A DNA stretch of 64,000 nt. Source: the human T2T-CHM13v2.0 reference genome, Homo sapiens. The stretch lies in the NCBI GenBank assembly GCA_009914755.4, contig CP086569.2, positions 28,864,001 to 28,928,000 of the forward strand, written 5' to 3'. A program made the position numbers and the translations under genes. The notes under the pieces were generated by a model. The model was not told the origin of the DNA and did no database searches. It saw only the letters and a program-made list of their open reading frames with translations. Below, piece by piece: positions 56,604 through 64,000 of this stretch (its first letter is position 1; each line of letters opens with the position of its first letter).

Positions 56604-59600
56604 TATTCCATGCCATTTGATTGCATTGCATTCCATTCCGTTTGATTCCAGTCCATTCAAGAAAGTTCCATTCCAGTCCATTGCTTTTGAGTCCATTCCA
56701 TTCCACTCTAGTCTATTCCACTCCATTCCTTTCCATTCCATTCCATACTATTCCATTCCATTCCTTTGCATTCCGTTTCCACTCTATTCGAGTCCATTGC
56801 ATTCCAGTCCAATCCATTCGATTACATTCCTTTTGATTCCCTGCCAGTCGATTGCATTGCATACTAGACCATTCCAAAGGAGTCCATTCCATTCTATTTC
56901 AACACTTTCCATTCCACTCTGTTCAAGTCCAATCCATTCCAGTCCATTTAATTCAAGGGCATTCCATTCCATTCCATTCCATTTCATGTTATTCCATTCC
57001 ATTCAATTCCATTCCAGATGATTCCATTCCATTCTATACCATTGCTCTCTGTTCCATTCCATTCCATCTGTCTCCATTCCTTTCGTTTCGATTCCTTTCC
57101 ATTCCATTCCATTACATTTGATCCTATTTTATTAAATTGCATTCTATTCGAGTGATTTCCATTCGAGTCCTTTCCATTCGATTCCATTCCATTCTATTCC
57201 ATTCCTTTGGATTCCATTCCATTCCTTTCCGTTCACATCAATTCCTTGCGATTCCATTACATTGGATATCTTGCCATTCGATTCCATTCCTTTTGACTCC
57301 ATTTCATTCGATTCCATTCCATTCCATTAATTTCCATTCCATTCGAGACCTTTCCATTGCAGTCTTTTCCCTTCGAGTCCATTCCGTTCGATTCCCTTGC
57401 ATTCGATTCCATTCCATTGGAGTCCGTACCAGTCGAGTCCATTCTATTCCAGTCCATTAGTTTCGACTCCATTGCATTCGAGTGCATTCCATTCCGTGGC
57501 TGTCCATTCCATTCCGTTTGATGCCATTCCATACGATTCCATTCAATTCGAGACCATTCTATTGCTGTCCATTCCTTGTGGTTCGATTCCATTTCACTCT
57601 AGTCCATTCCATTCCATTCAATTCCATTCGACTCTATTCCGTTCCATTCAATTCCATTCCATTCGATTCCATTTTTGTCGAGAACCTTCTATTACACTCC
57701 CTTCCATTCCAGTGCATTCCATTCCAGTCTCTTCAGTTCGATTCCATTCCATACGTTTCGATTCCATTCCATTCCAGCCCATTCCATTCCATTCCATTCC
57801 TTTGCTTTCCGTTTCATTAGATTCCATTGCATTCGATTCCATTCAATTCAATTCCGTGCTATTCAATTTGATTGATTTCCATTTAATTCCATTCCATTAG
57901 ATTCCATTCCGTTCGATTCCATTCCTTTCGAATCCATTCCATTGGAGTCCATTCACTTCCAGAACATTCCATTCCAGTCGAATCCATTCGAGTACTTTCC
58001 ATTAATGTTCATTACATTCTAATACATTCCATTCCATTGCATTCCATTCCATTCCATTCGATGCCATTCGATTCCATTCCTTGCCAAATCATTGCATTCC
58101 TTTCCTTTCCGTTCCTATCAATTCCATTCCATTTGATTTAGTTCGATTCTATTCACTTCCATTCCATTCGATTCCATTCCATTGGAGTCAATTCCTTTCG
58201 ACACCCAGCCTTTCCAGTCAATGATTTTGGATTCCATTTTTTTGCATTCCATTACATTCTATGACATTCGATTCCGTTTCATTGCATTCCATTCCATACA
58301 TTTTTATTCCATTCGAGACCGTAGCATTCCAGTTTATTCCAGGCTTGTCCATTACACTACATTCCCTTCCATTCCACTGAATTCCATTCCATTCCTATCC
58401 ATTCCTTTCCTTTCGCTTGCATTCCATTCTATTCTCTTCTACTGCATACAATTTCACTCCATTCGTTCCCATTCCATTCAATTCCATTCCATTCAATTCC
58501 ATTCCATTTGTTTCCATTCTCTTCGATTCCATTTCTTTATATTCCATGCCATTCGATTCCATTCTATTGGATTGCATTACATTCGTGTTCATTCCATTCC
58601 AGACCATTCCATTTGACTCCATTCCTTTCGAGCCCTTTCAATTTGAGTCCATTCCTTTCCAGTCCATTTCACTCCAGTCCATTACTATCCATTCCCTACC
58701 ATTCCATCCCATTGCATTCCATTCCATTCCAATCCATTCCATTGCATTCCATTCCATTCCATTGCACTGCACTCCATTCCATTACATTCTATTCTATTAC
58801 AGTCGATTTTATTGCATTAGATTCTATTCCATTGGATTACTTTCCATTCGATTACATTCCATTCATGTACATTCCATTCCAGTCAATTACATTCGAGTTC
58901 ATTACGTTACATTCCAGTATATTCCATTGTATTCGATCCCATTCCTTTCAATTCCATTTCATTCGACTCCATTATATTCGATTCCATTCCACCCGAATCC
59001 ATTCCATTAGAGGACATTCCATTCCAATGCATTCCATTCCATTCCAAAGCATTCCATTGCATTCGATTCCATCCCATTTGATGCCATTCCGTTTGATGCC
59101 ATTCCATGACATTCCATTCCATTCGAGTCCATTCCGTTCCAATTCATTCCATTCCGTTTCATGAAATTCGAGTCCTTTCCAGTACATTTCATTCCAATCC
59201 CATCCAATCCAATCTACTCCATTCAATTCCTTTCCATTCCATTTGATTATATTCCATTGATTTGATTCCATTCAGTTTGATTCCATTCCGTGAAATTTCG
59301 TTCCATTCTATTCCATTGCATTACTTTCCATTCAATTCCATTCCATTTCATTTCAGTCCATACGCTTCCTTTCCTTTCGATTCAATTCCATTTGATTCCA
59401 CTCCATTCTATGCGATTTCATTCCAATCGATTCAATTCCATTCGATGACATTCCTTTCGTTTCCATTCCATTCGAGTCCATTCAATTTGAGCATTCGTGT
59501 CCATTCTATTCGAGTCCATTCCATTACCGTCTATTCTATTCCCTTCCATTCCTGTTGATTCAATTTCATTCCCTTCCATTCGATTCCTTTCCATTCGATT

Positions 59601-60147
59601 CCATTCCTTTCCATTCCATTCCATTCGCTCCCATTCCATGTGATTTCATTCCATTCCAGTCCATTATATTCGAGTCCACTCCACTCCATTCTATTACATT
59701 CAATTCCTTTTGAGTCCGTTCCATAACACTCCATTCATTTCGATTCCATTTCTTGCCAGTTTTCTTCCATTTTATTCCATTCCGTTCGATTCCATTCCAT
59801 TCGATTGCATTCCATTCGAATCCTTTCCATTCCATTTCATTCCATTCCTTTCTATTCCATTCCATTTCATTCGATTTGATTCCATTCTGTTCTATTCCAT
59901 TCAATTCTTTTTCATTCCATTCGAATCCTTTCTATTGCAGTCCATTCCATTCGAGTCCATTCCAATCCCTTCCATTCCATTCCATTACAGTCCATTCCAA
60001 TAGATTCCATTCCTTTGCCTTCCATTCGAATCCATTCCATTCTAGTCCATTCCATTTGAGTCAATTCCATTCCATTCCATTCTATTCCTTTCCAATCCAT
60101 TCGATTCCATTCGATTCAATTCCGTTTGATTCTCTTTCATTCTATTT
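56604..60147 (+). repeat. HSat3 HOR unit 17 (3544 bp), class D1
   Basis: Anchor at 56604 and 60148. Matches unit 15. Confidence 0.8.
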
Positions 60148-63100
60148 TATTCCATGCCATTTGATTGCATTGCATTCCATTCCGTTTGATTCCAGTCCAT
60201 TGCTTTTGAGTCCATTCCATTCCACTCTAGTCTATTCCACTCCATTCCTTTCCATTCCATTCCATACTATTCCATTCCATTCCTTTGCATTCCGTTTCCA
60301 CTCTATTCGAGTCCATTGCATTCCAGTCCAATCCATTCGATTACATTCCTTTTGATACCCTGCCAGTCGATTGCATTGCATACTAGACCATTCCAAAGGA
60401 GTCCATTCCATTCTATTTCACCACTTTCCATTCCACTCTGTTCAAGTCCAATCCATTCCAGTCCATTTAATTCAAGGGCATTCCATTCCATTCCATTCCA
60501 TTTCATGTTATTCCATTCCATTCAATTCCATTCCAGATGATTCCATTCCATTCTATACCATTGCTCTCTGTTCCATTCCATTCCATCTGTCTCCATTCCT
60601 TTCGTTTCGATTCCTTTCCATTCCATTCCATTACATTTGATCCTATTTTATTAAATTGCATTCTATTCGAGTGATTTCCATTCGAGTCCTTTCCATTCGA
60701 TTCCATTCCATTCTATTCCATTCCTTTGGATTCCATTCCATTCCTTTCCGTTCACATCAATTCCTTGCGATTCCATTACATTGGATATCTTGCCATTCGA
60801 TTCCATTCCTTTTGACTCCATTTCATTCGATTCCATTCCATTCCATTAATTTCCATTCCATTCGAGACCTTTCCATTGCAGTCTTTTCCCTTCGAGTCCA
60901 TTCCGTTCGATTCCCTTGCATTCGATTCCATTCCATTGGAGTCCGTACCAGTAGAGTCCATTCTATTCCAGTCCATTAGTTTCGACTCCATTGCATTCGA
61001 GTGCATTCCATTCCGTGGCTGTCCATTCCATTCCGTTTGATGCCATTCCATACGATTCCATTCAATTCGAGACCATTCTATTGCTGTCCATTCCTTGTGG
61101 TTCGATTCCATTTCACTCTAGTCCATTCCATTCCATTCAATTCCATTCGACTCTATTCCGTTCCATTCAATTCCATTCCATTCGATTCCATTTTGGTCGA
61201 GAACCTTCTATTACACTCCCTTCCATTCCAGTGCATTCCATTCCAGTCTCTTCAGTTCGATTCCATTCCATACGTTTCGATTCCATTCCATTCCAGCCCA
61301 TTCCATTCCATTCCATTCCTTTGCTTTCCGTTTCATTAGATTCCATTGCATTCGATTCCATTCAATTCAATTCCGTACTATTCAATTTGATTGATTTCCA
61401 TTTAATTCCATTCCATTAGATTCCATTCCGTTCGATTCCATTCCTTTCGAATCCATTCCATTGGAGTCCATTCACTTCCAGAACATTCCATTCCAGTCGA
61501 ATCCATTCGAGTACTTTCCATTAATGTTCATTACATTCTAATACATTCCATTCCATTGCATTCCATTCCATTCCATTCGATGCCATTCGATTCCATTCCA
61601 TGCCAAATCATTGCATTCCTTTCCTTTCCGTTCCTATCAATTCCATTCCATTTGATTTAGTTCGATTCTATTCACTTCCATTCCATTCGATTCCATTCCA
61701 TTGGAGTCAATTCCTTTCGACACCCAGCCTTTCCAGTCAATGATTTTGGATTCCATTTTTTTGCATTCCATTACATTCTATGACATTCGATTCCGTTTCA
61801 TTGCATTCCATTCCATACATTTTTATTCCATTCGAGACCGTAGCATTCCAGTTTATTCCAGGCTTGTCCATTACACTACATTCCCTTCCATTCCACTGAA
61901 TTCCATTCCATTCCAATCCATTCCTTTCCTTTCGCTTGCATTCCATTCTATTCTCTTCTACTGCATACAATTTCACTCCATTCGTTCCCATTCCATTCAA
62001 TTCCATTCCATTCAATTCCATTCCATTTTTTCCATTCTCTTCGATTCCATTTCTTTATATTCCATGCCATTCGATTCCATTCTATTGGATTGCATTACAT
62101 TCGTGTTCATTCCATTCCAGACCATTCCATTTGACTCCATTCCTTTCGAGCCCTTTCAATTTGAGTCCATTCCTTTCCAGTCCATTTCACTCCAGTCCAT
62201 TACTATCCATTCCCTAACATTCCATCCCATTGCATTCCATTCCATTCCATTCCATTCCATTCCATTGCATTCCATTCCATTCCATTGCACTGCACTCCAT
62301 TCCATTACATTCTATTCTATTACAGTCGATTTTATTGCATTAGATTCTATTCCATTGGATTACTTTCCATTCGATTACATTCCATTCATGTACATTCCAT
62401 TCCAGTCAATTACATTCGAGTTCATTACGTTACATTCCAGTATATTCCATTGTATTCGATCCCATTCCTTTCAATTCCATTTCATTCGACTCCATTATAT
62501 TCGATTCCATTCCACCCGAATCCATTCCAGTAGAGGACATTCCATTCCAATGCATTCCATTCCATTCCAAAGCATTCCATTGCATTCGATTCCATCCCAT
62601 TTGATGCCATTCCGTTTGATGCCATTCCATGACATTCCATTCCATTCGAGTCCATTCCGTTCCAATTCATTCCATTCCGTTTCATGAAATTCGAGTCCTT
62701 TCCAGTACATTTCATTCCAATCCCATCCAATCCAATCTACTCCATTCAATTCCTTTCCATTCCATTTGATTAGATTCCATTGATTTCATTCCATTCAGTT
62801 TGATTCCATTCCGTGAAATTTCGTTCCATTCTATTCCATTGCATTACTTTCCATTCAATTCCATTCCATTTCATTTCAGTCCATTCGCTTCCTTTCCTTT
62901 CGATTCAATTCAATTTGATTCCACTCCATTCTATGCGATTTCATTCCAATCGATTCAATTCCATTCGATGACATTCCTTTCGTTTCCATTCCATTCGAGT
63001 CCATTCAATTTGAGCATTCGTGTCCATTCTATTCGAGTCCATTCCATTACCGTCTATTCTATTCCCTTCCATTCCTGTTGATTCAATTTCATTCCCTTCC

Positions 63101-63670
63101 ATTCGATTCCTTTCCATTCGATTCCATTCCTTTCCATTCCATTCCATTCGCTTCCATTCCATGTGATTTCATTCCATTCCAGTCCATTATATTCGAGTCC
63201 ACTCCACTCCATTCTATTACATTCAATTCCTTTTGAGTCCGTTCCATAACACTCCATTCATTTCGATTCCATTTCTTGCCAGTTTTCTTCCATTTTATTC
63301 CATTCCGTTCGATTCCATTCCATTCGATTGCATTCCATTCGAATCCTTTCCATTCCATTTCATTCCATTCCTTTCTATTCCATTCCATTTCATTCGATTT
63401 GATTCCATTCTGTTCTATTCCATTCAATTCTTTTTCATTCCATTCGAATCCTTTCTATTGCAGTCCATTGCATTCGAGTCCATTCCAATCCCTTCCATTT
63501 AATTCCGTTACAGTCCATTCCAATAGATTCCATTCCTTTGCCTTCCATTCGAATCCATTCCATTCTAGTCCATTCCATTTGAGTCAATTCCATTCCATTC
63601 CATTCTATTCCTTTCCAATCCATTAGATTCCATTCGATTCAATTCCGTTTGATTCTCTTTAATTCTATTT
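60148..63670 (+). repeat. HSat3 HOR unit 18 (3523 bp), class D2
   Basis: Anchor at 60148 and 63671. Shares the 25-bp deletion (junction about 60192-60202) with unit 16. Relative to unit 16 it has +15 bp and +5 bp, and a 1-bp deletion near 62025. Confidence 0.8.
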
Positions 63671-64000
63671 TATTCCATGTCATTTGATTGCATTGCATTC
63701 CATTCCGTTTGATTCCATTCCATTCAAGAAAGTTCCATTCCAGTCCATTGCTTTTGAGTCCATTCCATTCCACTCTAGTCTATTCCACTCCATTCCTTTC
63801 CATTCCATTCCATACTATTCCATTCCATTCCTTTGCATTCCGTTTCCAATCTATTCGAGTCCATTGCATTCCAGTCCAATCCATTCGATTACATTCCTTT
63901 TGATTCCCTGCCAGTCGATCGCATTGCATACTAGACCATTCCAAAGGAGTCCATTCCATTCTATTTCAACACTTTCCATTCCACTCTGTTCGAGTCCATT
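63671..64000 (+). repeat. HSat3 HOR unit 19, partial (first 330 bp), D-like
   Basis: Anchor variant TATTCCATGTCATTTGATTGC at 63671. The array continues beyond the window edge. Confidence 0.7.

Larger units (their letters stand above)
1..64000 (+). repeat. Human satellite III (HSat3) array: degenerate (ATTCC)n on + strand = (GGAAT)n on - strand, organised as a ~3.5-kb higher-order repeat; most likely the DYZ1 family of Yq12, not confirmed
   Basis: Seen in sequence: an ATTCC/CATTC pentamer with its characteristic degenerate variants (ATTCG, AGTCC, ATTGC, GTTCC) fills the window, and the + strand is almost free of G. The anchor TATTCCATGCCACTTGATTGC recurs at 1, 3549, 7082, 10615, 14148, 17711, 21245, 24778, 28311, 31829, 35362, 38910, 42468, 46012, 49556, 53100, 56604, 60148 and 63671. 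Identical ORF-track translations recur at the same offsets. Established knowledge: HSat3 is a (GGAAT)n-derived satellite, and DYZ1 is a ~3.4-3.56 kb HaeIII HSat3 repeat on Yq12. No Alu, L1, alpha-satellite 171-mer or DYZ2-like block was seen. Confidence 0.95.

Noticed and set aside
1-64000. Hundreds of ORFs of 60-330 aa on both strands (HSIPF-type on +, MEWNG/ESNG-type on -), including 270-328-aa ORFs at 17301..18128, 42058..42885 and 61701..62687
   Set aside because: They are translations of the ATTCC/GGAAT pentamer, which has no stop codon in any of its six frames. The ORFs overlap each other on both strands everywhere, have extreme low-complexity composition, lack any start or regulatory context, and repeat with the satellite period. 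No CDS is supportable.
1-64000. A novel, previously undescribed biological system (defence island, operon or similar) suggested by the prompt
   Set aside because: The window holds no unique sequence at all. Every kilobase is the same satellite HOR, with no genes, no non-satellite insertion and no operon-like organisation.
1-64000. CRISPR array or other prokaryotic repeat-spacer structure
   Set aside because: The repeats are contiguous 5-bp units in a 3.5-kb HOR with no unique spacers. Composition and organisation are typical of human heterochromatin, not of a repeat-spacer array.
1-64000. Alpha satellite / centromere core
   Set aside because: There is no 171-bp periodicity and no CENP-B box (TTCGnnnnAnnCGGG-type) pattern. 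The periodicities are 5 bp and about 3.5 kb.
1-64000. HSat2 rather than HSat3
   Set aside because: The sequence is dominated by clean ATTCC pentamer runs (for example 2100-2170) and a regular HOR, rather than the more diverged (CATTCGATTC)-plus-CATCATC-type 23/26-mers of HSat2. I did not find the CAACCCGAGT/ACTCGGGTTG 10-mer reported in some HSat3 subfamilies, so the subfamily assignment (DYZ1-like) rests on the HOR length and HaeIII pattern, not on that motif.
1-64000. Interspersed DYZ2 (HSat1B, ~2.4-kb AT-rich unit with Alu-derived segment) or Alu/L1 insertions, as often accompany DYZ1 on Yq12
   Set aside because: None were seen anywhere in the window. The array is continuous DYZ1-like HSat3 from the first to the last base.

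Overview
The whole 64-kb window is one uninterrupted tandem satellite array, and I found no protein-coding gene, RNA gene, transposon insertion, CRISPR array or other 'system' in it. The + strand is a degenerate (ATTCC)n / CATTCCATTC pentamer repeat (equivalently (GGAAT)n on the - strand), which is human satellite III (HSat3). The pentamers are organised into a higher-order repeat (HOR) of about 3.5 kb. From recurrences of the anchor motif TATTCCATGCCAYTTGATTGC I place 18 complete units plus a 330-bp partial 19th. Unit lengths, in order, are 3548, 3533, 3533, 3533, 3563, 3534, 3533, 3533, 3518, 3533, 3548, 3558, 3544, 3544, 3544, 3504, 3544 and 3523 bp. A ~3.5-kb HSat3 HOR with one HaeIII site (GGCC) per unit matches the male-specific DYZ1 repeat of Yq12 (classically a 3.4-3.56 kb HaeIII fragment), so this is most likely Y-chromosome heterochromatin. 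Without an alignment I cannot exclude another HSat3 array. Every ORF in the supplied six-frame track is an artefact. The pentamer has no stop codon in any of the six frames, so the + strand reads as HSIPF-type peptides and the - strand as MEWNG-type peptides, overlapping each other across the whole window. The points worth a second look are structural. Adjacent units fall into distinct, locally homogenised variant classes with mosaic transition units between them. The last 14.1 kb is a two-unit super-HOR with a 7048-bp period. Unit lengths vary almost entirely by pentamer multiples (5, 10, 15, 25 bp), through short 15-bp duplications and one 25-bp deletion between direct repeats. The last four units have lost the diagnostic HaeIII site by a single substitution. 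All coordinates come from reading the sequence by eye with the ORF track as a guide; no alignment was computed, and unit boundaries reflect an arbitrary choice of phase.
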